Translations under genes and position numbers: made by a program | The notes under the pieces: generated by a model | Databases searched by the model: none | What the model was told of the DNA's origin: nothing | What the model saw: only the letters and a program-made list of their open reading frames with translations | Shown: positions 9,999-22,708 of the stretch, piece after piece | How positions within the stretch are numbered: position 1 is the first letter of the stretch | Layout: each line of letters begins with the position of its first letter | Assembly (NCBI RefSeq): GCF_000026545.1 | Contig: NC_011601.1 | DNA length: 64,000 nt | Reading direction: 5' to 3' (one strand) | Source of the DNA: Escherichia coli O127:H6 str. E2348/69 | Lineage (GTDB): Bacteria; Pseudomonadota; Gammaproteobacteria; Enterobacterales; Enterobacteriaceae

Positions 9999-10003
9999 AA
10001 CGA

Positions 10004-12826
10004 TTACAGCATCGGCTTGAGGAAGCGCGCCGTATGCGAAGCTTCGCACTCTGCGACGGTTTCTGGCGTACCGGAGACGAGGATTTCGCCGCCCCCACTG
10101 CCGCCTTCCGGTCCCAGGTCGACAATCCAGTCAGCGGTTTTGATCACGTCGAGATTGTGCTCAATTACCACAATGGTATTGCCCTGATCGCGCAGTTTAT
10201 GCAGTACGTCGAGCAGTTGCTGAATATCGGCGAAGTGCAGACCGGTGGTCGGCTCGTCGAGAATATACAGCGTCTGCCCGGTGCCGCGTTTTGACAGCTC
10301 ACGCGCCAGCTTCACGCGCTGGGCTTCACCACCAGAAAGTGTGGTTGCGGACTGCCCGAGGCGAATGTACGTCAGGCCAACATCCATCAGCGTTTGCAGC
10401 TTACGCGCCAGAGCTGGCACCGCATCAAAGAACTCACGCGCCTCTTCGATGGTCATATCCAGCACTTCGTGGATGGTTTTGCCTTTGTACTTAATCTCCA
10501 GCGTTTCACGGTTATAGCGTTTGCCTTTGCACTGGTCGCACGGTACGTAAATGTCCGGCAGGAAGTGCATCTCCACTTTGATCACGCCGTCGCCCTGACA
10601 GGCCTCGCAGCGTCCGCCACGGACGTTAAAGCTGAAACGTCCTGGCGTATAGCCGCGCGCACGGGATTCCGGTACGCCCGCAAACAGTTCGCGCACAGGT
10701 GTAAACACGCCGGTATAGGTCGCCGGGTTAGAACGAGGAGTACGACCAATTGGGCTTTGGTCGATATCGATCACTTTATCGAAATGCTCCAGTCCCTGAA
10801 TATCGCGATACGGTGCCGGTTCGGCGATGGTCGCACCATTCAACTGGCGTTGGGCAATCGGGAACAGTGTGTCGTTAATCAGCGTGGATTTACCGGAACC
10901 CGAAACCCCAGTAATACAGGTAAACAGACCAACTGGCAGCGTTAGCGTCACATCTTTCAGGTTGTTGCCGCGTGCGCCCGTCAGTTTCAGCACTTTTTCC
11001 GGATTTGCCGGAACGCGTTTCTTCGGCACTTCAATCTTGCGTTTACCGCTCATGTACTGCCCGGTCAACGACTCAGGCACCGCCATAATTGCTTCCAGTG
11101 GACCTTCCGCGACCACTTCACCGCCGTGAACACCCGCACCCGGACCGATATCGATCACATGATCAGCGGCGCGAATCGCGTCTTCGTCGTGCTCCACCAC
11201 AATCACGGTATTACCGAGATCGCGCAGATGGATAAGCGTACCCAACAGGCGCTCGTTATCGCGCTGGTGCAGGCCGATAGACGGCTCATCCAGCACGTAC
11301 ATCACGCCAACCAGGCCTGCACCAATCTGGCTCGCCAGACGAATACGCTGGGCTTCACCGCCGGAAAGTGTCTCTGCCGAGCGGGAAAGTGTCAGGTAAT
11401 TCAGGCCGACGTTAACGAGGAATTTCAGACGATCGCCGATCTCTTTAAGGATTTTTTCTGCAATCTTCGCCCGCTGACCTGCGAGTTTGAGATTGTTGAA
11501 GAATTCCATCGCATGACCGATGCTCATGTCGGAGATGGCGGGCAGCGGCGTATTCTCGACATACACGTGGCGTGCTTCCCGACGCAGACGGGTTCCTTCG
11601 CAGCTGGCGCACGGACGATTGCTGATAAACTTGGCTAATTCTTCACGTACCGCACTGGATTCCGTCTCTTTATAACGGCGCTCCATATTGTGCAGCACGC
11701 CTTCGAACGGATGACGACGAATGGAGGTATCGCCACGATCGTTCATGTATTTGAATTCAATATTTTCTTTGCCAGAACCGTACAACACCACTTTATGCAC
11801 GTTCGCGCTCAGGCTGCCCCACGGCGCTTCGACGTCGAACTTATAGTGATCTGCCAGCGATTTCAGCATCTGGAAATAATAGAAGTTGCGGCGATCCCAG
11901 CCACGGATCGCACCGCCAGCCAGCGACAATTCCGGATTCTGGATCACGCGGTCAGGATCGAAATATTGCTGTACGCCAAGACCGTCACAGGTCGGGCAGG
12001 CTCCCGCCGGGTTGTTAAATGAAAACAGGCGAGGTTCCAGCTCGCGCATACTGTAACCGCAAATCGGGCAGGCAAAGTTGGCGGAGAACAGCAGCTCTTC
12101 CGCTTTCGGGTCGTCCATATCCGCCACTACCGCGGTACCACCGGAAAGCTCCAGCGCGGTTTCAAACGACTCGGCAAGACGTTGGGTAAGATCGTCACGC
12201 ACTTTGAAGCGATCAACCACCACTTCAATGGTATGTTTCTTTTGCAGTTCCAGTTTCGGCGGATCGGAAAGATCGCAGACTTCGCCATCAATACGAGCAC
12301 GGATGTAACCCTGGCTTGCCAGGTTCTCCAGCGTTTTGGTGTGTTCGCCTTTGCGCTCTTTAATGATTGGCGCGAGCAGCATCAGACGCTTGCCTTCCGG
12401 CTGGGACAACACGTTATCCACCATCTGACTGACGGTTTGCGCCGCCAGCGGTACATCGTGGTCCGGGCAGCGTGGCTCACCAACGCGAGCGTACAGCAGA
12501 CGCAAATAGTCGTGGATTTCGGTGATTGTCCCCACCGTAGAGCGCGGGTTATGAGACGTCGATTTCTGCTCAATTGAGATGGCAGGAGAAAGCCCTTCAA
12601 TATGGTCGACGTCCGGCTTCTCCATCAGTGACAGAAACTGCCGCGCGTAGGCGGAAAGGGATTCAACGTAACGGCGCTGCCCTTCGGCATATAAGGTGTC
12701 GAAAGCGAGCGAGGATTTGCCAGAACCCGAAAGCCCGGTCACGACAATAAGCTTGTCGCGGGGGATAACGAGGTTGATGTTTTTGAGATTATGGGTGCGG
12801 GCGCCCCGAACTTCGATCTTATCCAT
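10004..12826 (-). CDS. uvrA: Excinuclease ABC subunit A (UvrA)
   Basis: 940 aa; N-terminus [19 protein letters not shown]; two ABC ATPase modules and zinc-finger cysteines. Confidence 0.97.
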   Translation of the reverse strand: MDKIEVRGARTHNLKNINLVIPRDKLIVVTGLSGSGKSSLAFDTLYAEGQRRYVESLSAYARQFLSLMEKPDVDHIEGLSPAISIEQKSTSHNPRSTVGTITEIHDYLRLLYARVGEPRCPDHDVPLAAQTVSQMVDNVLSQPEGKRLMLLAPIIKERKGEHTKTLENLASQGYIRARIDGEVCDLSDPPKLELQKKHTIEVVVDRFKVRDDLTQRLAESFETALELSGGTAVVADMDDPKAEELLFSANFACPICGYSMRELEPRLFSFNNPAGACPTCDGLGVQQYFDPDRVIQNPELSLAGGAIRGWDRRNFYYFQMLKSLADHYKFDVEAPWGSLSANVHKVVLYGSGKENIEFKYMNDRGDTSIRRHPFEGVLHNMERRYKETESSAVREELAKFISNRPCASCEGTRLRREARHVYVENTPLPAISDMSIGHAMEFFNNLKLAGQRAKIAEKILKEIGDRLKFLVNVGLNYLTLSRSAETLSGGEAQRIRLASQIGAGLVGVMYVLDEPSIGLHQRDNERLLGTLIHLRDLGNTVIVVEHDEDAIRAADHVIDIGPGAGVHGGEVVAEGPLEAIMAVPESLTGQYMSGKRKIEVPKKRVPANPEKVLKLTGARGNNLKDVTLTLPVGLFTCITGVSGSGKSTLINDTLFPIAQRQLNGATIAEPAPYRDIQGLEHFDKVIDIDQSPIGRTPRSNPATYTGVFTPVRELFAGVPESRARGYTPGRFSFNVRGGRCEACQGDGVIKVEMHFLPDIYVPCDQCKGKRYNRETLEIKYKGKTIHEVLDMTIEEAREFFDAVPALARKLQTLMDVGLTYIRLGQSATTLSGGEAQRVKLARELSKRGTGQTLYILDEPTTGLHFADIQQLLDVLHKLRDQGNTIVVIEHNLDVIKTADWIVDLGPEGGSGGGEILVSGTPETVAECEASHTARFLKPML

Positions 12827-12909
12827 TCACCTTTCCCGGATTAAACGCTTTTTTGCCCGGTGGCATGGTGCTACCGGCGATCACAAACGGTTAATTATGA
12901 CACAAATTG

Positions 12910-12929
12910 ACCTGAATGAATATACAGTA
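12910..12929. promoter_or_regulatory. LexA (SOS) box shared by divergent uvrA and ssb promoters
   Basis: ACCTGAATGAATATACAGTA, i.e. CTG-N10-CAG with AT-rich centre; lies in the uvrA-ssb divergent intergenic region. Confidence 0.75.
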
Positions 12930-13080
12930 TTGGAATGCATTACCCGGAGTGTTGTGTAACAATGTCTGGCCAGGTTTGTTTCCCGGAACCGAGGTCACAA
13001 CATAGTAAAAGCGCTATTGGTAATGGTACAATCGCGCGTTTACACTTATTCAGAACGATTTTTTTTCAGGAGACACGAAC

Positions 13081-13617
13081 ATGGCCAGCAGAGGCGTAAA
13101 CAAGGTTATTCTCGTTGGTAATCTGGGTCAGGACCCGGAAGTACGCTACATGCCAAATGGTGGCGCAGTTGCCAACATTACGCTGGCTACTTCCGAATCC
13201 TGGCGTGATAAAGCGACCGGCGAGATGAAAGAGCAGACTGAATGGCACCGCGTTGTGCTGTTCGGCAAACTGGCAGAAGTGGCCAGCGAATATCTGCGTA
13301 AAGGTTCTCAGGTTTATATCGAAGGCCAGCTGCGTACCCGCAAATGGACCGATCAATCCGGTCAGGATCGCTACACCACAGAAGTCGTGGTGAACGTTGG
13401 CGGCACCATGCAGATGTTGGGTGGTCGTCAGGGTGGTGGCGCTCCTGCAGGTGGCAATATCGGTGGTGGTCAGCCGCAGGGCGGTTGGGGTCAGCCTCAG
13501 CAGCCGCAGGGTGGCAATCAGTTCAGCGGCGGCGCGCAGTCTCGCCCGCAGCAGTCCGCTCCGGCAGCGCCGTCTAACGAGCCGCCGATGGACTTTGATG
13601 ACGATATTCCGTTCTGA
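13081..13617 (+). CDS. ssb: Single-stranded DNA-binding protein SSB
   Basis: 178 aa; [28 protein letters not shown]... with Gly/Gln-rich tail and C-terminal DFDDDIPF. Confidence 0.97.
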   Translation: MASRGVNKVILVGNLGQDPEVRYMPNGGAVANITLATSESWRDKATGEMKEQTEWHRVVLFGKLAEVASEYLRKGSQVYIEGQLRTRKWTDQSGQDRYTTEVVVNVGGTMQMLGGRQGGGAPAGGNIGGGQPQGGWGQPQQPQGGNQFSGGAQSRPQQSAPAAPSNEPPMDFDDDIPF

Positions 13618-13680
13618 TTTGTCATTAAAACAATAGGTTATATTGTTTTAAGGTGGATGATTAAAGCATCTGCCAGCCAT

Positions 13681-13712
13681 AAAAAAGAAGCCTCCGTTAT
13701 GGAGGCTTCTAC
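13681..13712. terminator. Terminator hairpin between convergent ssb and yjcB
   Basis: Hairpin GAAGCCTCC-GTTAT-GGAGGCTTC flanked by A-run. Confidence 0.5.
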
Positions 13713-13715
13713 ATA

Positions 13716-13997
13716 TCAAGTCAAAATCATTGGCCATTGTGGCGGTGTCTGATTCATCTCTTCTACCATCACCGACTCGATGTTGTGCCAGATGGCGGTG
13801 ATATCCGCCATTGTGATGCCAAGCAACCCCATTGCGAACCAGCAGGCGGAAACTACGCCTAGACCGCTGCTGATCACTGCAAGCCCGACATAATCAGCCC
13901 GACGAAAACGGATGTTGAGCGTGCTAGCCAGAAACATCATTACGGCACTAAGAAGTTGCCAGCGAAGAAGAACCACGCCAGTGGTGAGGGTAGCCAT
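13716..13997 (-). CDS. yjcB: Small inner-membrane protein YjcB
   Basis: 93 aa from MATLTTGVVLLRW; hydrophobic; K-12 position; longer track ORF rejected. Confidence 0.7.
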   Translation of the reverse strand: MATLTTGVVLLRWQLLSAVMMFLASTLNIRFRRADYVGLAVISSGLGVVSACWFAMGLLGITMADITAIWHNIESVMVEEMNQTPPQWPMILT

Positions 13998-14425
13998 CAA
14001 ACAATTCCTCGGAAAAGAGCTGATGCCCTGGACAGCGCGGCGTTGTTCACGGGAGGCGTGATACACTCTGGCTATCGCGGGGCTTGCAGAACACAAAAAT
14101 GAAACACTCTGTTTGTTTCATGAATTTTGTGAACTATATCACAATTGGTTGTTTGTTAGCCAGATTAGGCCGTGACTTTTATTGCCGTACAGATTATGTG
14201 TTTTTTCAGCGGCATTAAGGGTATATCTTTCCGCCGCCTCTGCATTCCTGAAGGTGATTAATTTTTAAGATCAATGAATTATCGTCATCCTGGTGACGAT
14301 TAAAAAGGTCTCAATTTTATATCAGGCAAAAGTGCTATTTATACCGTAAGATTTATCTAAAGACGTCGGTAGCCAGGGTTTCACCTTGCAATAACCGGGT
14401 ATAAACAGGCAGGGAATTGATAGCA

Positions 14426-15979
14426 ATGAGTCATCGTGCACGACACCAATTACTGGCGTTTCCGGGCATTATCTTTTTAGTTCTCTTTCCCATCATTCTG
14501 TCGCTATGGATTGCCTTCTTTTGGGCAAAATCAGAAGTGAATAATCAGCTCCGAATCTTTGCTCAGCTGGCGTTGGATAAATCTGAGCTGGTCATTCGTC
14601 AGGCAGATTTAGTGAGCGATGCAGCTGAACGCTATCAGGGGCAAGTTTGCACTCCAGCCCATCAAAAGCGAATGTTGAATATTATTCGTGGCTATCTTTA
14701 TATTAATGAATTGATTTATGCTCGTGATAACCATTTTTTATGCTCATCGCTGATAGCGTCTGTAAATGGCTATACGATTGCACCGGCCGATTATAAGCGC
14801 GAACCTAACGTTTCTATCTATTATTACCGTGATACGCCTTTTTTCTCTGGCTATAAAATGACCTACATGCAGCGGGGAAATTATGTGGCGGTTATCAACC
14901 CTCTCTTCTGGAGTGAAGTGATGTCTGATGATCCGACATTGCAATGGGGTGTGTATGATACGGTGACGAAAACCTTTTTCTCGTTAAGCAACGAGGCCTC
15001 GGCAGCAACGTTTTCTCCGCTGATTCATTTGAATGATTTAACCGTACAACGAAATGGCTATTTATATGCGACAGTTTATTCGACAAAACGCCCAATTGCA
15101 GCCATTGTTGCGACTTCATATCAACGTCTTATAACTCATTTTTATAATCATCTTATTTTTGCGTTGCCCGCCGGTATTTTGGGGAGTCTTGTTCTGCTAT
15201 TACTCTGGCTACGTATTCGACAAAACTATTTGTCTCCCAAACGCAAATTGCAACGCGCCCTCGAAAAACATCAACTTTGCCTTTATTACCAGCCAATAAT
15301 CGATATCAAAACAGAAAAATGTATCGGCGCTGAAGCGTTGTTACGTTGGCCTGGTGAGCAGGGGCAAGTAATGAATCCGGCAGAGTTTATTCCGCTGGCA
15401 GAAAAGGAGGGGATGATCGAACAGGTAACTGATTATGTTATTGATAATGTCTTCCGTGATTTGGGCGCGTATCTGGCAACACATACCGATCGCTATGTTT
15501 CTATTAACCTGTCAGCCTCCGATTTTCATACCTCACGGTTGATAGCGCGAACCAATCAGAAAACAGAGCAACATGCGGTGCGCCCGCAGCAAATTAAATT
15601 TGAAGTGACTGAACATGCATTTCTTGATGTCGACAAAATGACGCCGATTATTCTGGCTTTCCGCAAGGCCGGTTACGAAGTGGCAATTGATGATTTTGGT
15701 ATTGGCTACTCTAACTTGCATAACCTTAAATCATTGAATGTCGATATTTTGAAAATCGATAAATCGTTTGTTGAGACGCTGACCACCCACAAAACCAGTC
15801 ATTTGATTGCGGAACACATCATCGAGCTGGCGCACAGCCTGGGATTAAAAACGATCGCTGAAGGTGTCGAAACTGAGGCGCAGGTTAACTGGCTGCGCAA
15901 ACACGGCGTGCGCTATTGCCAGGGATGGTTTTTTGCGAAGGCGATGCCGCCGCAGGTGTTTATGCAATGGATGGGGTAA
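14426..15979 (+). CDS. pdeC: Cyclic-di-GMP phosphodiesterase PdeC (CSS sensory domain + EAL)
   Basis: About 517 aa from ATG 14426 (track start 14417 is a TTG); N-terminal TM, periplasmic CSS region, second TM, C-terminal EAL domain; exact C-terminus not verified against K-12. Confidence 0.85.
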
Positions 15980-15981
15980 TT

Positions 15982-16005
15982 ACCCGCGCGGGAGTTAACG
16001 CGCGG
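15982..16005. terminator. Bidirectional terminator hairpin between convergent pdeC and soxS
   Basis: Hairpin CCCGCGCG-GGAGTTAA-CGCGCGGG. Confidence 0.55.
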
Positions 16006-16014
16006 GCAATAAAA

Positions 16015-16338
16015 CTACAGGCGGTGGCGATAATCGCTGGGAGTGCGATCAAACTGCCGACGGAAAACGCGGGAGAAGGTCTGCTGAGAGACATAACCCA
16101 GGTCCATTGCGATATCAAAAATCGGACGCTCGGTGGTGCGCAACTCAACGGCGGCCAGTAACAGACGGCGCTGGCGAATGTAATCGCCAAGCGTCTGATG
16201 CGTCACCGTGCGGAACATCCGTTGCAAGTACCACTTTGAATAGCCAGATTTTTTTGCGACGACATCAATGTTAAGCGGCTGGTCAATATGCTCGTCAATC
16301 CATGCGATAAGATCCTGAATAATTTTCTGATGGGACAT
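16015..16338 (-). CDS. soxS: Superoxide-response transcriptional activator SoxS (AraC family)
   Basis: 107 aa; MSHQKIIQDLIAWIDEHIDQPLNIDVVAKKSGYSKWYLQRMF... Confidence 0.97.
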   Translation of the reverse strand: MSHQKIIQDLIAWIDEHIDQPLNIDVVAKKSGYSKWYLQRMFRTVTHQTLGDYIRQRRLLLAAVELRTTERPIFDIAMDLGYVSQQTFSRVFRRQFDRTPSDYRHRL

Positions 16339-16394
16339 AAATCTGCCTCTTTTCAGTGTTCAGTTCGTTAATTCATCTGTTGGGGAGTATAATT

Positions 16395-16412
16395 CCTCAA
16401 GTTAACTTGAGG
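16395..16412. promoter_or_regulatory. SoxR operator in the soxS promoter spacer
   Basis: Perfect 18-bp palindrome CCTCAAGTTAACTTGAGG in the soxS-soxR divergent intergenic region. Confidence 0.85.
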
Positions 16413-16423
16413 TAAAGCGATTT

Positions 16424-16888
16424 ATGGAAAAGAAATTACCCCGCATTAAAGCGCTGCTAACCCCCGGCGAAGTGGCGAAACGCAGCGGTGTGGCGGTATC
16501 GGCGCTGCATTTCTATGAAAGCAAAGGGTTGATTACCAGTATCCGTAATAGCGGCAATCAGCGGCGATATAAACGTGATGTGTTGCGATATGTCGCAATT
16601 ATCAAAATTGCTCAGCGTATTGGCATTCCGCTCGCAACCATTCGTGAAGCGTTTGGCGTGTTGCCAGAAGGGCATACGTTAAGTGCGAAAGAGTGGAAAC
16701 AGCTTTCGTCCCAATGGCGAGAAGAGTTGGATCGGCGCATTCATACCTTAGTGGCGCTGCGTGACGAACTGGATGGATGTATTGGTTGTGGCTGCCTTTC
16801 GCGCAGTGATTGCCCGTTGCGTAACCCGGGCGACCGATTAGGAGAAGAAGGTACCGGCGCACGCTTACTGGAAGATGAACAAAACTAA
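16424..16888 (+). CDS. soxR: Redox-sensing [2Fe-2S] MerR-family regulator SoxR
   Basis: 154 aa; MerR HTH N-terminus and C-terminal [12 protein letters not shown] cluster-binding motif. Confidence 0.97.
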   Translation: MEKKLPRIKALLTPGEVAKRSGVAVSALHFYESKGLITSIRNSGNQRRYKRDVLRYVAIIKIAQRIGIPLATIREAFGVLPEGHTLSAKEWKQLSSQWREELDRRIHTLVALRDELDGCIGCGCLSRSDCPLRNPGDRLGEEGTGARLLEDEQN

Positions 16889-17021
16889 AGCGCCACAAGG
16901 GCGCTTTAGTTTGTTTTCCGGTCTTTGTCTTTCTCTCTATCCCGCTGGTACACAGGAGGGTTTCCCCCGACGTCAACACACCTCATTCGAGCACGTGGTG
17001 GAGGTTCCGGTTGGTGTTGAT
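16882..17021 (-). ncRNA. ryjA: Candidate small RNA RyjA/SraL, antisense to and overlapping the soxR 3' end
   Basis: K-12 has an sRNA of about 140 nt here from memory; a TACAAT -10-like hexamer on the minus strand at 17033-17028; hairpin + T-run at 16887-16917 serves as a shared terminator; boundaries approximate. Confidence 0.4.
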
Positions 17022-17161
17022 GCTTTAATTGTATGTTACCGGCGTTTCTTCGCCAGTGTAAAAGTACACTTTTTAGCCGCAATATTTTTGTCATCTCAGA
17101 CGATTTTTTATCGCAATCCTGAACGGTATACGGCTCGATAACGCTGCAATCTTGCGCATCG

Positions 17162-17177
17162 ACGATAACGTTTGCGC
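17162..17177. promoter_or_regulatory. PurR-box-like palindrome upstream of ghxP
   Basis: ACGATAACGTTTGCGC matches ACGCAAACGTTTGCGT at 13 of 16 positions; weaker copies near 17304-17319 and 17264-17279. Confidence 0.35.
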
Positions 17178-17434
17178 ATCAATTGCCTGGTTTTTCATCG
17201 TCAAGACAATAAAAGAGAAAAAAGCAGCAAACTTCGGTTGAAAAAGCCGCTATGATCGCCGGATAATCGTTTGCTTTTTTTACCACCCGTTTTGTATGCG
17301 CGGAGCTAAACGTTTGCTTTTTTTGCGACGCAGCAAATTGTCGCAAACCTGGAGCAGGAAGATAACGTTTCGCTGGCAGGGGATTGTCCGCCACGCATCT
17401 TGACGAAAATTAAACTCTCAGGGGATGTTTTCTT

Positions 17435-18784
17435 ATGTCTACGCCATCAGCGCGTACCGGCGGTTCACTCGACGCCTGGTTTAAAATTTCACAACGTGGA
17501 AGCACTGTCCGTCAGGAAGTGGTTGCCGGGTTAACAACGTTTCTGGCGATGGTCTACTCGGTTATCGTCGTTCCAGGCATGCTGGGTAAAGCGGGCTTCC
17601 CGCCTGCGGCAGTTTTCGTTGCAACCTGTCTGGTTGCCGGACTCGGTTCTATCGTGATGGGTCTGTGGGCTAATCTGCCGTTGGCGATTGGTTGCGCCAT
17701 CTCTCTGACGGCGTTTACCGCATTCAGTCTGGTGCTGGGGCAACATATTAGCGTACCTGTCGCGCTGGGTGCCGTGTTCCTGATGGGTGTGCTGTTTACG
17801 GTAATTTCTGCCACGGGTATCCGTAGCTGGATTTTGCGCAACTTGCCGCACGGTGTGGCGCACGGCACGGGGATTGGTATCGGTCTGTTCCTGCTGCTGA
17901 TTGCTGCTAATGGTGTCGGTCTGGTGATTAAAAACCCACTTGATGGTCTGCCCGTCGCGCTGGGGGATTTCACGACCTTTCCGGTGATGATGTCGTTGGT
18001 GGGGCTGGCAGTGATTATCGGCCTGGAAAAACTGAAAGTCCCTGGTGGCATTCTGCTGACCATTATCGGTATCTCAATTGTCGGTTTGATCTTCGATCCT
18101 AACGTCCATTTCTCCGGCGTTTTTGCCATGCCTTCATTGAGCGATGAAAACGGCAATTCACTGATTGGCAGCCTGGATATTATGGGCGCGCTGAATCCTG
18201 TAGTCCTGCCAAGCGTTCTGGCGCTGGTGATGACGGCAGTATTTGATGCCACCGGCACTATCCGCGCCGTCGCCGGTCAGGCGAACCTGCTGGATAAAGA
18301 CGGGCAGATCATCGACGGCGGGAAAGCACTGACCACTGACTCCATGAGCAGCGTTTTCTCTGGCCTGGTGGGTGCAGCTCCGGCAGCGGTATACATCGAG
18401 TCTGCGGCGGGTACGGCGGCGGGCGGTAAAACCGGGTTGACGGCTATCACCGTTGGCGTGCTGTTCCTGCTGATTCTGTTCCTCTCTCCGCTCTCTTACC
18501 TCGTTCCGGGGTACGCAACGGCTCCGGCGCTGATGTACGTTGGCCTGCTGATGCTGAGCAACGTGGCGAAAATCGACTTTGCTGATTTTGTTGATGCGAT
18601 GGTGGGTCTGGTTACGGCGGTATTCATCGTGCTGACCTGTAACATCGTAACAGGCATCATGATCGGCTTCGCGACTCTGGTGATTGGTCGTCTGGTTTCC
18701 GGCGAATGGCGCAAGTTGAACATCGGTACGGTCGTTATTGCCGTGGCGCTGGTGACCTTCTATGCGGGTGGCTGGGCTATCTAA
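17435..18784 (+). CDS. ghxP: Guanine/hypoxanthine permease GhxP (NCS2/AzgA family)
   Basis: 449 aa; polytopic membrane protein; K-12 yjcD position. Confidence 0.9.
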   Translation: MSTPSARTGGSLDAWFKISQRGSTVRQEVVAGLTTFLAMVYSVIVVPGMLGKAGFPPAAVFVATCLVAGLGSIVMGLWANLPLAIGCAISLTAFTAFSLVLGQHISVPVALGAVFLMGVLFTVISATGIRSWILRNLPHGVAHGTGIGIGLFLLLIAANGVGLVIKNPLDGLPVALGDFTTFPVMMSLVGLAVIIGLEKLKVPGGILLTIIGISIVGLIFDPNVHFSGVFAMPSLSDENGNSLIGSLDIMGALNPVVLPSVLALVMTAVFDATGTIRAVAGQANLLDKDGQIIDGGKALTTDSMSSVFSGLVGAAPAAVYIESAAGTAAGGKTGLTAITVGVLFLLILFLSPLSYLVPGYATAPALMYVGLLMLSNVAKIDFADFVDAMVGLVTAVFIVLTCNIVTGIMIGFATLVIGRLVSGEWRKLNIGTVVIAVALVTFYAGGWAI

Positions 18785-18802
18785 TCTTACATAGGATTCT
18801 GA

Positions 18803-18834
18803 AAACGGGTGGCAATGGCTGCCCGTTTTTATTT
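18803..18834 (+). terminator. Rho-independent terminator after ghxP
   Basis: Hairpin AACGGG...CCCGTT followed by TTTTTATTTT. Confidence 0.55.
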
Positions 18835-18934
18835 TCTCCGCACATTGTGTGAGCTTTTGCGATATTCTGAAAAAATGAGAATTCAGGCATAACGCCTTTC
18901 TCAGATCATAAAAAACATCGCAAACAGGGAACGC

Positions 18935-20584
18935 ATGGAAATCTTCTTCACCATACTGATAATGACCCTCGTGGTCTCGCTGTCCGGGGTGGTCACTCGT
19001 GTCATGCCCTTTCAGATCCCGCTTCCGCTTATGCAAATCGCCATCGGTGCGCTACTGGCGTGGCCGACGTTTGGTTTGCATGTGGAGTTTGATCCTGAAC
19101 TCTTTTTAGTCTTGTTTATCCCGCCGTTGCTGTTCGCTGATGGCTGGAAAACGCCGACCCGTGAATTTCTCGAACATGGGCGAGAGATTTTCGGCCTCGC
19201 GCTGGCGCTGGTGGTGGTCACCGTGGTCGGCATTGGCTTCCTTATTTACTGGGTGGTGCCGGGCATTCCGCTGATCCCCGCCTTTGCGCTGGCTGCGGTG
19301 CTTTCTCCGACCGATGCTGTAGCGCTCTCCGGGATTGTTGGCGAGGGGCGCATCCCGAAAAAAATCATGGGCATTTTGCAGGGCGAAGCGTTGATGAATG
19401 ACGCCTCCGGCCTGGTGTCGTTGAAGTTTGCCGTGGCAGTGGCGATGGGGACAATGATCTTCACCGTCGGCGGTGCGACGGTCGAATTTATGAAAGTGGC
19501 AATAGGCGGTATTCTCGCCGGTTTTGTGGTGAGCTGGCTGTATGGTCGCTCGCTGCGATTCCTCAGCCGCTGGGGCGGTGATGAACCCGCGACGCAGATC
19601 GTTCTGCTGTTCTTGCTGCCATTCGCTTCTTATCTGATTGCGGAACATATTGGCGTTTCCGGCATCCTCGCTGCGGTTGCCGCCGGGATGACCATCACCC
19701 GCTCCGGTGTGATGCGCCGTGCGCCGCTGGCAATGCGCCTGCGCGCAAACAGCACCTGGGCGATGCTGGAATTTGTCTTTAACGGCATGGTGTTCCTGCT
19801 GTTAGGTCTGCAGTTGCCGGGGATTCTGGAGACGTCGCTGATGGCGGCAGAAATCGACCCTAACGTCGAAATCTGGATGCTGTTTACCGATATTATTCTG
19901 ATATATGCGGCGCTGATGCTGGTCCGTTTCGGCTGGCTGTGGACGATGAAAAAGTTCAGCAACCGCTTCCTGAAGAAGAAGCCGATGGAGTTTGGTTCGT
20001 GGACTACACGAGAAATCCTGATCGCGTCTTTCGCCGGGGTGCGTGGGGCGATCACTCTGGCCGGTGTGCTCTCTATCCCGCTTCTCTTGCCGGATGGTAA
20101 CGTCTTCCCTGCGCGCTATGAGTTGGTGTTCCTGGCGGCTGGCGTCATTCTCTTCTCGTTGTTTGTCGGCGTGGTGATGTTGCCTATTCTGCTACAACAC
20201 ATAGAAGTCGCGGACCATTCGCAACAATTGAAAGAGGAACGTATTGCACGAGCGGCAACGGCAGAAGTGGCAATTGTGGCGATCCAGAAAATGGAGGAGC
20301 GTTTGGCGGCGGATACCGAAGAGAATATCGATAACCAGCTGCTCACAGAGGTTAGTTCTCGCGTCATTGGTAACCTGCGTCGTCGCGCCGATGGACGTAA
20401 TGATGTAGAAAGTTCAATCCTGGAAGAGAACCTGGAGCGTCGCTTCCGTCTGGCGGCATTGCGTTCTGAACGTGCTGAACTGTACCATCTGCGCGCCACG
20501 CGGGAGATCAGTAACGAAACGCTGCAAAAATTACTGCACGATCTCGATTTGCTTGAAGCGTTGCTGATTGAAGAGAACCAATAA
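18935..20584 (+). CDS. yjcE: Na+/H+ exchanger family protein YjcE (CPA1)
   Basis: 549 aa; polytopic membrane N-terminal domain and soluble C-terminal domain; K-12 position. Confidence 0.9.
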   Translation: MEIFFTILIMTLVVSLSGVVTRVMPFQIPLPLMQIAIGALLAWPTFGLHVEFDPELFLVLFIPPLLFADGWKTPTREFLEHGREIFGLALALVVVTVVGIGFLIYWVVPGIPLIPAFALAAVLSPTDAVALSGIVGEGRIPKKIMGILQGEALMNDASGLVSLKFAVAVAMGTMIFTVGGATVEFMKVAIGGILAGFVVSWLYGRSLRFLSRWGGDEPATQIVLLFLLPFASYLIAEHIGVSGILAAVAAGMTITRSGVMRRAPLAMRLRANSTWAMLEFVFNGMVFLLLGLQLPGILETSLMAAEIDPNVEIWMLFTDIILIYAALMLVRFGWLWTMKKFSNRFLKKKPMEFGSWTTREILIASFAGVRGAITLAGVLSIPLLLPDGNVFPARYELVFLAAGVILFSLFVGVVMLPILLQHIEVADHSQQLKEERIARAATAEVAIVAIQKMEERLAADTEENIDNQLLTEVSSRVIGNLRRRADGRNDVESSILEENLERRFRLAALRSERAELYHLRATREISNETLQKLLHDLDLLEALLIEENQ

Positions 20585-20602
20585 CGCTTTGGCGGTGTAA
20601 TC

Positions 20603-20636
20603 GGTAAAAAGGTGCAGTACATCGCACCTTTTTACC
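20603..20636. terminator. Bidirectional terminator between convergent yjcE and actP
   Basis: 13-bp stem GGTAAAAAGGTGC...GCACCTTTTTACC. Confidence 0.6.
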
Positions 20637-20666
20637 GTTGGTCAGGTGAGCAGAGGCTAGCGGAGA

Positions 20667-22630
<1,964 letters not shown>

Positions 22631-22708
22631 AGATTCTCCAGAGGTAATGTAGGGATTGTTTTAATTCCCGCTCCCTTATGGGAGAAGGTTAACGCTTGGG
22701 TAACCCTT

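Noticed and set aside
10034-12600. Multiple 70-180-aa ORFs in several frames
   Set aside because: All lie within or antisense to uvrA, whose 940-aa product is unambiguous
17554-19036. 234-aa and 292-aa minus-strand ORFs
   Set aside because: Antisense to ghxP and yjcE; no RBS and low-complexity His/Arg/Gln-rich products
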